From Nitrospirota bacterium (GTDB taxonomy: Bacteria > Nitrospirota > UBA9217), in assembly GCA_963740085.1 (NCBI GenBank), contig CAVUCU010000004.1, positions 192,001 to 256,000 on the forward strand: 64,000 nt of DNA. The letters are read 5' to 3'. Below, one piece after another: positions 28,776 through 39,295 of this stretch (position 1 is the first letter of the stretch; each line of letters starts with the position of its first letter). The position numbers were made by a program, and so were the translations under genes. A model generated the notes under the pieces. It made no database searches, was not told the origin of the DNA, and saw only the letters and a list, made by a program, of their open reading frames with translations.

Positions 28776-31184
28776 ATGGACCACTCATTGCGCCGAAACA
28801 TGCGCAGGGCTTCGCTTCTCCCGGCGCGCATTGCAGGCCTGTTGAGCATTTCCTTTCTTGTCGTCTGTCTCGCTCATTCCAACGGCTCAGCGGAAGAACC
28901 TCACCTCGCCGTCCCTCTATCCGAGCTGAGCTCAACGCTTAGCTCAACACTGATCACGACACTTACGCCGACAGTTGCTCCAACAGTGAAGGTCACCGGC
29001 TCCCTCCTTGAACGAGGGACGAAACGGCCGCTTGCAGAGGTTAACATCTACTGTTTTCCCGCGTCGCATCCTGAAAGCCCGGTTAAGAGCACGACGGACA
29101 GGGCCGGTGCATTTACGATCGAAGTCCCGGAAGGAAGAATGAAATGGGTCATATCGGCCTCTGGTTACAATCGCCTGGAACTTGAAGACGAACAGCAGGA
29201 CGGAGCAAAGATCAATCCGCGCATTTTTTATCTGGAAAAGAAAACCTATCTCGCGTATGAAACAACGGTATACGGAGAAACGGAAAAAAGAGACGATAAA
29301 ACCCGATCTCTTGATCAGGCGCAGTTTGCGACCGTCCCGGGCGCAAACGGCGATCCGGTCAAGGCTGTCCAGAATCTTCCGGGCGTGAACCGTCCGGGGG
29401 CGTTCAGCTCCCAGATCATCATTGAAGGATCCTCACCGAACGATACGCGCTATAACATTGATAATCAGCCTATCCCGATCATCTTTCATTTCGGAGGGCT
29501 TTCCTCGGTTGTCATGTCGGAGGCCGTGGACCACGTGGATTACCTTTCTGCAGGCTTCGGACCCGAGTTCGGTCAAACCATAGCCGGACTCGTAAATCTA
29601 ACGGTAAAAGATCCGCAAACAGACCGCAGACACGGCTTTATCTATGCCGACACCATGAATGCAGGCGGCATGGTGGAAGGCCCGATCAATGATCATTCTT
29701 CCTATTTGTTCGGGATAAGACAGAGCTATATCGGTTATGTGCTGCGGGCGGTGGTCGGCAAAGATAACAAGGATTTTAATTTAACGGCAGTCCCGGAGTT
29801 TCGGGATCTTATTTTTGAATACAAAAACCAGGTGTCGCCGGATGATACCTTTAAACTCGTCACGGTCGGGTCGCAGGATACCTTTGCATTTCTGCTGAAG
29901 CATCCCGTGGACCAGGACCCCGCCATTCGGGGGAATTTCAAGCTTGATACGAAGTTTTTCCGTATCATTCCCGAGTGGACTCACCGTTTCAGCCCGGAAG
30001 CCGTCGGCCGCTTCAGTCTCGGCATGGGCAAGGACTGGGTGCTGTTCGATCTCGGGGACTATTATGTTCATAACGATCAAACGTCCCTGAGCGGCAGGGC
30101 TGAAATCGAGAACCATATCGGCAATTCCTGGAAAAGTTATCTCGGCACGGATTTTCAGTACTACCGGACGACCGTCGAGTATCAGCTGCCGATCGTCTAC
30201 AGCCAGGGAGGTATCTCGAGTCCCGTCGGGTCAGGCAATCTCGCCGTTGTCTCGAAAAGCTATGATTCCGATTTTGCCGGACTGTATTGGAGAATCAATT
30301 ACCATGAGCAGGATTCACGGTGGACCTTCATTCCCGGTGTACGGGTGAGTTACTTTAACTTGACGAAAGAGGTCATGCCGGAGCCGCGGGTCGGTGTACG
30401 GTACGCCCTCGACCACGGCCTGACCCTGCGGGCCGCGTCCGGTCTCTACAACGAAGCCCCGCCGGTGCAGGACCTCGATAAGACCTACGGAAATCCCGAC
30501 CTCAAGTCTCAGCGGGCCGTTCACTATACGGCGGGGTTCGAGAAGGATTTCCGTGAAGGTTCGGCCACCGGCTGGTCCCTTTCGAACGATTTTTTCTACA
30601 AGCATGTATATGATCTCGTGGCGCGCACAACAGCCATGATCAACCCGTCGCGGCCGCAGTATTATGACAACTCCGGATACGGACATATCTACGGTCTTGA
30701 GTTCATGGGAAAGTATAAAGCTTCACAGTGGCAGGGTTGGATTGCCTACACACTTTCACGAAGCCGGAGAGGTGACGCACTCACGCCGGAAACCATATCT
30801 CAGTACGACCAGACGCATTTGCTCACGGCTGTAGCGGAAAGGGAGCTTGGGCGGAACTGGAAGCTCTCGGCCCGCGTGCGCTACACGACAGGCAATCCGT
30901 ACACTCCCATCGTCGGCGCCTCGTATGATGTCAATAATGATGTCTATGATCCGATCCGGGGCGACATCTATTCCCAGCGCATGGGCGCTTTTTTCCAGGC
31001 CGATGTGCGCGTCGACAAGAAATGGGTGTTCGACCGGTTGATCCTTACGGGCTACCTCGACGTAGAAAATATTACGAATCAGAAAAACCCGCAGGAGATC
31101 CGTTATTCGTATGACTATCGGCAATCGGAAAAGGTCACGGGGCTGCCGGTTTATCCGACGCTCGGCATCAAAGCGGAGTTTTGA
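28776..31184 (+). CDS. TonB-dependent outer-membrane receptor with N-terminal prealbumin-like extension
   Basis: Plug (VQNLPGV), beta-barrel strands, terminal F. Confidence 0.88.
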   Translation: MDHSLRRNMRRASLLPARIAGLLSISFLVVCLAHSNGSAEEPHLAVPLSELSSTLSSTLITTLTPTVAPTVKVTGSLLERGTKRPLAEVNIYCFPASHPESPVKSTTDRAGAFTIEVPEGRMKWVISASGYNRLELEDEQQDGAKINPRIFYLEKKTYLAYETTVYGETEKRDDKTRSLDQAQFATVPGANGDPVKAVQNLPGVNRPGAFSSQIIIEGSSPNDTRYNIDNQPIPIIFHFGGLSSVVMSEAVDHVDYLSAGFGPEFGQTIAGLVNLTVKDPQTDRRHGFIYADTMNAGGMVEGPINDHSSYLFGIRQSYIGYVLRAVVGKDNKDFNLTAVPEFRDLIFEYKNQVSPDDTFKLVTVGSQDTFAFLLKHPVDQDPAIRGNFKLDTKFFRIIPEWTHRFSPEAVGRFSLGMGKDWVLFDLGDYYVHNDQTSLSGRAEIENHIGNSWKSYLGTDFQYYRTTVEYQLPIVYSQGGISSPVGSGNLAVVSKSYDSDFAGLYWRINYHEQDSRWTFIPGVRVSYFNLTKEVMPEPRVGVRYALDHGLTLRAASGLYNEAPPVQDLDKTYGNPDLKSQRAVHYTAGFEKDFREGSATGWSLSNDFFYKHVYDLVARTTAMINPSRPQYYDNSGYGHIYGLEFMGKYKASQWQGWIAYTLSRSRRGDALTPETISQYDQTHLLTAVAERELGRNWKLSARVRYTTGNPYTPIVGASYDVNNDVYDPIRGDIYSQRMGAFFQADVRVDKKWVFDRLILTGYLDVENITNQKNPQEIRYSYDYRQSEKVTGLPVYPTLGIKAEF

Positions 31185-31204
31185 TCACTACGGGGAGAGC
31201 CGAT

Positions 31205-32074
31205 ATGAAGAAGCAGATATCACGATTTATACTTGCGCTTATCGTGGCGTCCGTGACGACGCAATGCGGCAATACCAATGACCTGCCGAAGTATCAGACA
31301 CTCGGTGATCTGCGCATTTTGACGATCCTCGTGGACAAACCCGAGGCCAACCCCGGAGAGTTGGTTACCTTCACGCCGGTCCTGAGCGATATCAACGGTC
31401 AGGGACGGACGATCGATTTTGCGGTCCAGGCGTGCATCGATCCCGGCGTGGGCAATGGGGCGGACCCGACCTGCCCGAACCCCGATCCCGCAAGCATACA
31501 GACCGGAACCATCACGATCCCGGCTGGCGCAAGCCAAACATATACCGGTCCGGTTATGCCGTTCTCCCTGACCATGCCCGATGCAAACACCCTATTTGCC
31601 AATAGAAGCGTTGTGGACCAGTACAATGGAGTGATCTACCTTGTTCAGTATAATATCAGCATCCCGGATGGCCCGGCCATCAACGCCTTCTTGAGAGTCT
31701 TCGTATCGACCACGGCTAAAACGCAGAAGAACCAGAATCCATCGATCGCCTCAGTAGACCTCAACGACAGTCCCATTCCGGACACGATCCCGATGCCGGC
31801 TTCGGACTCGAATTTTCGCGCGATCTCGCCGGCAAGCTCCTCAGAGACCTACCAGGTCATGCAATTCGATGGGAGCCTCCTGACCCGGACAGAGGAAATG
31901 CTGAACACCTGGTTCGTTTCCGATGGCGAGTTTGATTTCAGCAGGACGATCGGCAGCATTGAGAATCTTTGGACCCCTCCGGGATCAAAACCGACGAGTC
32001 GCGGCGTGGTCATTCTTGTTGTCACCCGTGACGGACGGGGAGGATCTGCGTTTCAGAAAATTGAAATGAATTGA
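31205..32074 (+). CDS. Lipoprotein partner of the TonB-dependent receptor
   Basis: Signal peptide ending in Cys (TTQC), LRIL...PE, NQNP, VTRDGRGG. Confidence 0.7.
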   Translation: MKKQISRFILALIVASVTTQCGNTNDLPKYQTLGDLRILTILVDKPEANPGELVTFTPVLSDINGQGRTIDFAVQACIDPGVGNGADPTCPNPDPASIQTGTITIPAGASQTYTGPVMPFSLTMPDANTLFANRSVVDQYNGVIYLVQYNISIPDGPAINAFLRVFVSTTAKTQKNQNPSIASVDLNDSPIPDTIPMPASDSNFRAISPASSSETYQVMQFDGSLLTRTEEMLNTWFVSDGEFDFSRTIGSIENLWTPPGSKPTSRGVVILVVTRDGRGGSAFQKIEMN

Positions 32075-32154
32075 GGTGAACGCAGGCGAAAGGCGACGAA
32101 AAAGCAGCGCGCTGCTGCCACGTCGCGGATGCTTTTTTCAGCTTGTTCTTGAAA

Positions 32155-32670
32155 ATGGTCTTCTCGTACTATAAAAATCTATCACCTGCCCAAAAGCGCA
32201 TATATCAAAAGAGCGATGAGATTCAAGACATTCCGCTGCCCGATGCCAGGGCATTGCACCCGCTTATCTCGCGCCTGGCTTCGGCATTGGAGCATGAAGA
32301 CAAAGACCAGAGTGAGGAGATCTGCAGGGCGCTGGCAAAGGGTATGACAAACAGTCTCGGCGTTCCTCCGCTTCGTCTTAAGGTACTCGCTGTGCGGCCG
32401 TCCGCCGGATGGGGTGAACTGCATGGATTATATGAACTGGCAGAGGGCAGGGCTTCAGCAGTGATTTCCCTCTGGGTGCGTACGGCCAAGCACCGGCGGG
32501 TCGTTGCATTCCGCTCGTTCCTGCGCACGTTCCTTCACGAGCTTTGCCATCATTTGGATTATCATTTATACAACCTGCCCGACTCATATCATACCGAGGG
32601 GTTCTACAAACGGGAATCGAGCCTTTTCCATCAATTGATGCCGGAACCGTGTAGAAAATCGTTTGGGTGA
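32155..32670 (+). CDS. Small zincin/SprT-like protein
   Basis: TFLHELCHH.D and downstream HT.GF. Confidence 0.65.
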   Translation: MVFSYYKNLSPAQKRIYQKSDEIQDIPLPDARALHPLISRLASALEHEDKDQSEEICRALAKGMTNSLGVPPLRLKVLAVRPSAGWGELHGLYELAEGRASAVISLWVRTAKHRRVVAFRSFLRTFLHELCHHLDYHLYNLPDSYHTEGFYKRESSLFHQLMPEPCRKSFG

Positions 32671-32848
32671 CGAACCCTACCGGCTCATCGTCTCCGAGGC
32701 AAAAAAGCATAAGGTCAGCATGATCATCCCGGGCAGCCGCCACGGCCGAACAGGCCTTACGCGGCTCATGATGGGCAGCACAACGTCAAGGGTCATCGGT
32801 CACGCGCTGTGCAGGGTGATGGTCGTGCCCGTAAAGTGGAGGCATTAG
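32663..32848 (+). pseudogene. C-terminal fragment of a universal stress protein
   Basis: IV.EA...MII.GS.HGRTGL.RL.MGS...VI..A.C.V.VV without the N-terminal half. Confidence 0.65.
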
Positions 32849-33131
32849 ATTGACCAACAAGCGACGATATGATTAACTCAAAAAGCATATCGATTGACCG
32901 CGAGAGGGTAAAGAGACAGAACGGTGAACATCGACTGTGCTATCTCAAAAATGAGGTTCTGCGGAAGCGAATCTGGTCCACGGTTTTTCTTTGCGAAAGC
33001 CGGGCCTCCAGGAGAGAAAACAAGAGGCACCGGAACCCATGCCCGATGCCTCGTTATCTGATCGACCTGCTCAAAACGCCACACTGAACCCGGGACGCAC
33101 CCCAAGATATCCTTCCTGAAAACATAAACTG

Positions 33132-33665
33132 CTATGCAGCGTGCTCGATCTTTTCTTTTCCTTCGACGTACACCTTCTTGCCTTTTTCCACGGCCGCCGT
33201 TATCGCGCCTTTGCCTGCCCCGTAGAGGTCCTTACCCTTGTCAATGGCGGAAGCAACGTGCTCCCCCGTGTTCGAGGCGACCCGTTTCAGGTCTTTCCTG
33301 ATCTCGCTTCCCGATTTCGGCGCCAGCAGCAACGCGATGCCCGCCCCGATGATGCCGCTTGCCAGGATCGGCACGATGAGCGGGCGCTTCTCGCTGATTA
33401 TGAGCTCCAAGGGCTTTTCCTCCACGTACGCCTTCTTACCGGCTTCCGTGGCCTTGCTTACAAACTCTCTGCTTTCATCATAGAGGTCTTTGCCGATATC
33501 AATGGCCTGTGAGAAGCGGTTGGCGACCCGTTTCAGGTCTTTCCTTGTTTCTGCTCCAGATTTCGGTGCAAGCAAGAGTGCCACCCCCGCACCTACGGCA
33601 CTGCCTGCCAGAACTGTCATTAAGATTGATCCTTTTCCATTGGTGAGTTCATCTTTCATGATCAT
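33132..33665 (-). CDS. Tandem YtxH-domain protein
   Basis: Two copies of GAG(V/I)ALLLAPKSG.E.RKDLKRVA. Confidence 0.85.
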   Translation of the reverse strand: MIMKDELTNGKGSILMTVLAGSAVGAGVALLLAPKSGAETRKDLKRVANRFSQAIDIGKDLYDESREFVSKATEAGKKAYVEEKPLELIISEKRPLIVPILASGIIGAGIALLLAPKSGSEIRKDLKRVASNTGEHVASAIDKGKDLYGAGKGAITAAVEKGKKVYVEGKEKIEHAA

Positions 33666-34116
33666 TGCTCCTTTCTTTAGTCATTTTCTCAAAAGGCGTG
33701 AAAACTTCTTATTCAAAGTATAGCACTCTTTTCGGCAGATAAAAAAGATATGGACGAAAATCTGCTAAAATAGTGCAAAGAGAGAGGACGGTTTTTGACC
33801 GTCCTTTTTATTGATCGCCGGAGAGCCGCTATGATATAATAGATTCATCTGGTAAGAAACTCTTCCCGAGATCCGCATCTGTTTATTTACTGAAAATAAA
33901 TACGGAGTGTGATCTTCACTGCGTGAAAGGAAGTGACGAGATGGTATCTTTTCACATCCTTTGAGGCACCGGGCGATACGGTATCGGCTTCTTGAAAAGC
34001 GGTCTTTTAAGGATGGGATACAAGATGGTCGAAGGTCCCTTCTCAAGAACCCGGGATACGCGAATTGTTCAGGTGTTCCGTGGACGGATGAAAACGAATA
34101 AAAAGGAGGCACCAAA

Positions 34117-35071
34117 ATGAAAAGGTTCCTTTTGGGGATGATTCTTCCCGGTGTTGGCAGTTGTCGTTCCTCTTCCGGCAATCGCAGAGGTAAATATAAG
34201 TATTGGAATTCCTTTGCCGCCACCCATCGTATTTGCGGCACCGCCGGAAGTGATCGTGATGCCTGATACGGACTATGTATACGTTGTTCCTGACGTGGAT
34301 GCAGACATGTTTTTCTGGGGTGGCTGGTGGTGGCGTCCCTGGGAAGGTCGCTGGTACCGCTCACATTATTATAACCGGGGTTGGGTTTATTATAACAATG
34401 TGCCAAGTTTTTATTTTGATGTCGACCCGGGTTGGAGAGGATACTACAGAGAGCATAATTGGTACGGACACCGGTGGAACTATGAACGTATTCCCACCAG
34501 ACGACTTCAGCAGAACTGGAAGGGCTGGCGTGATGACCGGTATTGGGACAGGCAGAGAACCTGGGGTGTCCAGGGCTATCAACCTCGACCGCAACAACAG
34601 ATGCGGGAACTAAGACATCAAAGGCAAGAGCAATATCAACGACGGCCAGAGGTCCAGCGACATCGGCAACAGATTCAACAGCAACAAAGACAACCTGAGG
34701 TTCAGAAACCACGAGGTCAGCAACAAAGACAACCTGAGGTTCAGAAACCACGAGGTCAGCAACAAAGACAACCTGAGGTTCAGAAACCACACGGTCAACA
34801 AGAAAGACGACCTCAGGTACAGCATCAACAACAGCAACATCCTCAAACACAGGTTCAGCCGACAGAGAAAGGGCAGACGGTCAGACCGCAAGGCGGTCCC
34901 TTGGGCCGGGGTGAGAAGCGGCAGGTTCAGCCCGCAGAGAAAGGAAGGCCCAAAGGCGGTCCTGCTCAAAAGGGAGAGAGAAAACAAGGCAAGCCCGAGA
35001 AAAAAATAAAGTCCGCAGGATCTGAAGAACGACGCGAATCAAGAGACGAGAAGCGGCCTGCGGAGCGGTAA
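34117..35071 (+). CDS. Secreted Trp/Tyr-rich protein with Gln-rich disordered tail (+1 frameshift near 34147 in the signal peptide)
   Basis: AAGGAGG RBS + ATG 34117; VNISIGIPLPPP; FFWGGWWWRPWEGRWYRS. Confidence 0.7.
34681..34797 (+). repeat. 39-bp coding tandem repeat x3 (QQRQPEVQKPRGQ)
   Basis: GCAACAAAGACAACCTGAGGTTCAGAAACCACGAGGTCA at 34681, 34720 and 34759 (third copy diverges at its end). Confidence 0.9.
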
Positions 35072-35172
35072 GAAAGGTCGGGAAAAACAGGAGAGAGAAG
35101 AACGATATATGCAGGAAGAACGTTTTGGACCTATTGGATTCTACGCCGTAAAGCTGCCGCAGAAGGCGCACC

Positions 35173-36465
35173 ATGAAGAAGTCTAGTCTGCGTGTACTGG
35201 CGATCGAAGACAGCATCGACGACGCTGATCTTGTGAGGATCATGCTGAACAGGGTGCAGGATCCCGTCTTCACCGTTGTCAATGCCCAACGGCTGGACGA
35301 AGGGATTACGTACCTGCGAGAGCAGACCTTCGACGTTGTCCTGCTGGATCTCGGGCTTCCGGATAGCGCAGGGATTGACGCCGTCAGGGAGATCAGAAAC
35401 GTATGTCCTGAGGTCCCGCTCATCGTTCTCTCCGGCCTGGATGATGATGAGTTTGCCCTAAAAGCGCTCCAGATGGATGTCCAGGATTACTTGACCAAGG
35501 GACAGATCGACGGCAATCTTTTGGTACGCTCCATTCGTTACGCCCGGGAGCGGAAAAGGGCAGTTACGGAGCTGCAAGCCAGCGAATCGCGCTTTCGCAG
35601 CTTAAGCGAGAGTGGCGTTATCGGAATCGCGTATTTCGATATCGACGGGCGGATCAGCGATGCGAATGACACCTTCCTCTCAATGATCAGATACAGCCGG
35701 GAGGAGCTCGAAAAGGGTCTTGTGCGCTGGGACAGTCTCCTGCCCCCGGAGTGGTTGCCGCATATGCTCAAGGTTGCCCAGGCGTTCACGACAACGGGAC
35801 GCATCGCGCCTTATGAAACGGAATACCTTGGCCGGGACGGTTCGAGGTTTTGGGGACTTTTCGGCGCGGCAAGAATTGCGGGGACTGCGGACGGAATCGC
35901 CTTCATGGTTGATATTACCGAGCGAAAAAAGTTGGAAGAGGATATCCGGCACATGGCCAATCATGACGCCATGACGGGCCTGCCGAACAGGCGGCTTTTC
36001 ATGGAGATCATCCGCTATGGGGTTGAGGAGGCGCGCAGAAATCGGAAAAAAATGGGTCTCCTGTTTCTGGACCTTGACCGCTTCAAGGGGGTCAATGACA
36101 CTTTCGGTCACGAGGCCGGTGACGATCTGCTCAAAACGGTTGCTGAACGGCTCAGGTTCGCGGTCAGAAGGGTAGACGCTGTTGCACGGATAGGAGGAGA
36201 CGAGTTCAGTATCCTTCTCACCGACATCCTCTGTCCGGAAGACGCAATTGAAATTGTACGGAAGATCCTGGTGGCCTTGCGGGATAAATGCGTCATCGGT
36301 GGGCGGGAATTCCATATCACGACGAGCATAGGCATCAGCATCTATCCCGACGACAGCGACGATATCGATACTCTCTTCCGTTATGCGGACATCGCCCTGT
36401 ACCGCGCAAAAGACCAGGGCCGGAATACATTCGCGTTCTACGACCCGGACATAACGGCGCGCTGA
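35173..36465 (+). CDS. REC-PAS-GGDEF diguanylate cyclase
   Basis: LLDLGLPD receiver, PAS, TGLPNR, RxxD I-site (RRVD), GGDEF. Confidence 0.93.
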   Translation: MKKSSLRVLAIEDSIDDADLVRIMLNRVQDPVFTVVNAQRLDEGITYLREQTFDVVLLDLGLPDSAGIDAVREIRNVCPEVPLIVLSGLDDDEFALKALQMDVQDYLTKGQIDGNLLVRSIRYARERKRAVTELQASESRFRSLSESGVIGIAYFDIDGRISDANDTFLSMIRYSREELEKGLVRWDSLLPPEWLPHMLKVAQAFTTTGRIAPYETEYLGRDGSRFWGLFGAARIAGTADGIAFMVDITERKKLEEDIRHMANHDAMTGLPNRRLFMEIIRYGVEEARRNRKKMGLLFLDLDRFKGVNDTFGHEAGDDLLKTVAERLRFAVRRVDAVARIGGDEFSILLTDILCPEDAIEIVRKILVALRDKCVIGGREFHITTSIGISIYPDDSDDIDTLFRYADIALYRAKDQGRNTFAFYDPDITAR

Positions 36466-36777
36466 TCATTGGGAATCCGGGGGAGACGTTGAATCGATTT
36501 CCCGCAAGTTTCGCAGGAACCAATTTATTACAGCTACTTATAGGCGTCAGATTGAGAAGCTTTACCGTCTGCACGTTGGGTCGATCCCGCATTTTATATG
36601 AAATTTATATTAAATGTAACTTGACGAATAGTGTCCTGCGGAGATACTATTACAGCATATCGATTCATACGTTATGCCCATATCCATGGGGGCAACCGGT
36701 AACCAAACGGCTGGTTCAGAGGCTGATAAAAAAAGAGAAACTCGTAGGAGAAACGCTTTGAAAACTGGGAGGACACT

Positions 36778-38514
36778 ATGGATAAGATTCTGAGAATAGA
36801 TGTTGGAGCCAATGGTGGCCCCAAGGCGACAGCGGTACCGGTTGGTGAATACGCGGGGCTTGGCGGCAGGGCATTGACATCGGCGATCGTTTCAAAAGAG
36901 GTTCCGCCGCTCTGCCATCCCCTGGGCGGCGAGAACAAGCTGGTCATCGCACCCGGCCTCCTGAGCGGGTCCGCGGGCGCCCAGTCGGGCCGGATCTCGG
37001 TCGGCTGCAAGAGCCCCCTGACCGGCGGCATCAAGGAGTCGAACTCCGGAGGACAGGCGTCGCAGGTACTGGCCAAGCTCGGGTATAATGCCATTGTGCT
37101 CGAAGGGAAGCCTTCGAGCGACGACCTCTACAAGGTCTTCATCAATAAGGACGGGGTCAAGATCATCAAGGATAACAGCCTCAAGATGCTCCCCAATTAC
37201 GACCTGATCGCCAAGATGAAAGCTGAATACGGCGACAAGGCGGCATGTATTTCGATCGGTCCTGCCGGGGAGATGAAGATGGCTGCTGCCACGGTTGCCT
37301 TTACCGATATAGAGCAGCGGCCGACCCGCCATGCCGGTCGCGGCGGAGTGGGAGCGGTCATGGGCGCCAAGAACATCAAGGTCATTGTCCTCGATTCAAC
37401 CGGCATGCCGGTACGGGCGCCCAAGGACCCGGAGAAATTCAAAGATGCGAACAAGCGGTTCGTCGATGGACTGAAGAAGCACCCGGTCACCGGCCAGGGC
37501 CTTCCGGCATTCGGCACCAACGTGCTGACGAACATCCTGAACGAGGTGGGCGGATACCCCACCTATAACTTCAAGCAGGGCCGGTTCGACGGCGCCTCGA
37601 AGATCAGCGGTGAGACTCAGGCGGAAACCGAAACAAAGCGAGGGGGACTCGCGACCCACGGCTGCCACACTGGTTGCGTCATCCAGTGCTCGGGTACGTA
37701 CAACGACAAGGACGGCCATTATCTCACCAAACAGCCGGAGTACGAGACCATCTGGGCCCACGGCGGGAACTGCGGCATCAGTGACCTGGACAAGATCGCC
37801 ATGCTCGACTTCCTCGATGACAACTACGGCGTAGACACGATCGAGATGGGCGCGACGATCGCCGTCGCGATGGATGCCGGTCTCGCCAAGTTCGGCGACG
37901 CGGATGCGGCCATCAATCTCGTGAAGGAGGTCGGCAAGGGCACGCCCCTCGGCAGGATCCTCGGCAACGGTGCCGGCATGACCGGCAAGGCCTTCGGCGT
38001 CGAACGGGTGCCGGTGGTCAAGAACCAGGCGATGCCGGCCTACGATCCCCGTGCGGTACAGGGCATCGGCGTCACCTATGCGACCAGCCCGATGGGCGCG
38101 GACCATACAGCGGGATACGCGGTGGCCCAGAACGTCCTGAAGGTGGGCGGCGATGTGAACGCGCTTAAGCCCGAAGGGCAGGTGGACCTTTCGCGAAACC
38201 TCCAGATCGCGACAGCGGCGATCGACTCCACGGGAATGTGCCTCTTTATCGCCTTTGCGATCCTCGACCAACCCGAGACCTTCCAGGCGATGCTTGACAT
38301 GCTGAGCGCCTTCTACGGAATTAATATGACAGCCGACGGCGTTACCGAGCTGGGGAAGAAGGTCTTGAAGATGGAAAGGGACTTCAATGCCCGGGCAGGT
38401 TTCACCGCTCAGGATGACCGGCTGCCCAGCTACTTCAAGACGGAAAAGCTTGCGCCGCACAACGTTACCTTCGGGGTGAAGGACGAGGATCTGGACAAGG
38501 TCTTTAACTGGTAG
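36778..38514 (+). CDS. aor: Aldehyde:ferredoxin oxidoreductase (tungsten AOR family)
   Basis: KSPLTGGIKESNSGG, GRGGVGAVMG, CHTGCVIQC, PEYET, GADHTAG. Confidence 0.92.
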   Translation: MDKILRIDVGANGGPKATAVPVGEYAGLGGRALTSAIVSKEVPPLCHPLGGENKLVIAPGLLSGSAGAQSGRISVGCKSPLTGGIKESNSGGQASQVLAKLGYNAIVLEGKPSSDDLYKVFINKDGVKIIKDNSLKMLPNYDLIAKMKAEYGDKAACISIGPAGEMKMAAATVAFTDIEQRPTRHAGRGGVGAVMGAKNIKVIVLDSTGMPVRAPKDPEKFKDANKRFVDGLKKHPVTGQGLPAFGTNVLTNILNEVGGYPTYNFKQGRFDGASKISGETQAETETKRGGLATHGCHTGCVIQCSGTYNDKDGHYLTKQPEYETIWAHGGNCGISDLDKIAMLDFLDDNYGVDTIEMGATIAVAMDAGLAKFGDADAAINLVKEVGKGTPLGRILGNGAGMTGKAFGVERVPVVKNQAMPAYDPRAVQGIGVTYATSPMGADHTAGYAVAQNVLKVGGDVNALKPEGQVDLSRNLQIATAAIDSTGMCLFIAFAILDQPETFQAMLDMLSAFYGINMTADGVTELGKKVLKMERDFNARAGFTAQDDRLPSYFKTEKLAPHNVTFGVKDEDLDKVFNW

Positions 38515-38536
38515 CGGAAATTTCAGGATTCAATCC

Positions 38537-38567
38537 AAGGAGAGACGCGGGTCTCTCCTTTTTTATT
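38537..38567 (+). terminator. Rho-independent terminator after aor
   Basis: AAGGAGAGAC-GCGG-GTCTCTCCTT followed by TTTTATT. Confidence 0.8.
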
Positions 38568-38647
38568 GCTGTTCCGGGCAGCGGGGGAGGGGCTCGTCAT
38601 GCGCGCCCTGTGTCCAAACCATACTTTGAGATGTGCAGTGAGGTGAT

Positions 38648-39286
38648 ATGAACGTGACCGGCAGGCATTCGGATGAATCCGAACCGTATCCTCATCTTGC
38701 ATTCGTCGTGACTGAACCTCTGGTCTCGAACTTTTTTCTGCTGCTCCAGCAGGGAGTAATGATCTGGTCCCGCACCGGCTGCAGCGTTGAGGCGTTCCTG
38801 CGGGATGAGCTCAAGGCCTCCCCGGAGATGATCGGGAAGATCCAGTCCATCGTGCTTGATGGAAAGCCGGTAGACGACATCCGCGCGGCCGTGCTTCACG
38901 ACGGTTCGACGCTGGCGCTCTCGGCTGCCATGCCCGGATTGGTAGGCGCCACCCTCAGGCGGGGAGGGGCGTATTCCTCGCTACGCAGCGCGATCACCTA
39001 CCACGAAACAGGGAACGCATGCACGCCCGGCGAGGGATGGATGAACATAAAGCTCTTTAATCTCCTGATGGCGGAGCTGGGGCCGAATCTCCTGCGAAAG
39101 GGTGTTCTCCTCGTGACAACGGATCTGCTTGATCTTCTGACTGAGCGAGGCGGGGCGTTACGGCAGGGAGGCAGCATCACCCTGAACAACAAACCTGTCG
39201 ATATCATGATGCTGAGGGGTAACGCAGAGTTGGGAAGTGCAGGCAAGGTATTTCTTTCCGTCTCGTCCGGGTCGACAGCAGTGTGA
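38648..39286 (+). CDS. Hypothetical protein next to AOR
   Basis: GAGGTG RBS; LDGKPVDD...LALSAAMPGLVG segment. Confidence 0.65.
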   Translation: MNVTGRHSDESEPYPHLAFVVTEPLVSNFFLLLQQGVMIWSRTGCSVEAFLRDELKASPEMIGKIQSIVLDGKPVDDIRAAVLHDGSTLALSAAMPGLVGATLRRGGAYSSLRSAITYHETGNACTPGEGWMNIKLFNLLMAELGPNLLRKGVLLVTTDLLDLLTERGGALRQGGSITLNNKPVDIMMLRGNAELGSAGKVFLSVSSGSTAV

Positions 39287-39295
39287 CTGCCGAGG

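Noticed and set aside
34681-34797. Possible CRISPR array
   Set aside because: Head-to-tail 39-bp in-frame repeats with no spacers and no cas genes
33765-34850. 361-aa - strand ORF with VVSEPQVVFVADL repeats
   Set aside because: Antisense of the + strand gene, which has the RBS and signal peptide
36655-36775. Moco/Wco riboswitch upstream of aor
   Set aside because: Context fits but I could not match the conserved motif by eye; needs an Rfam scan
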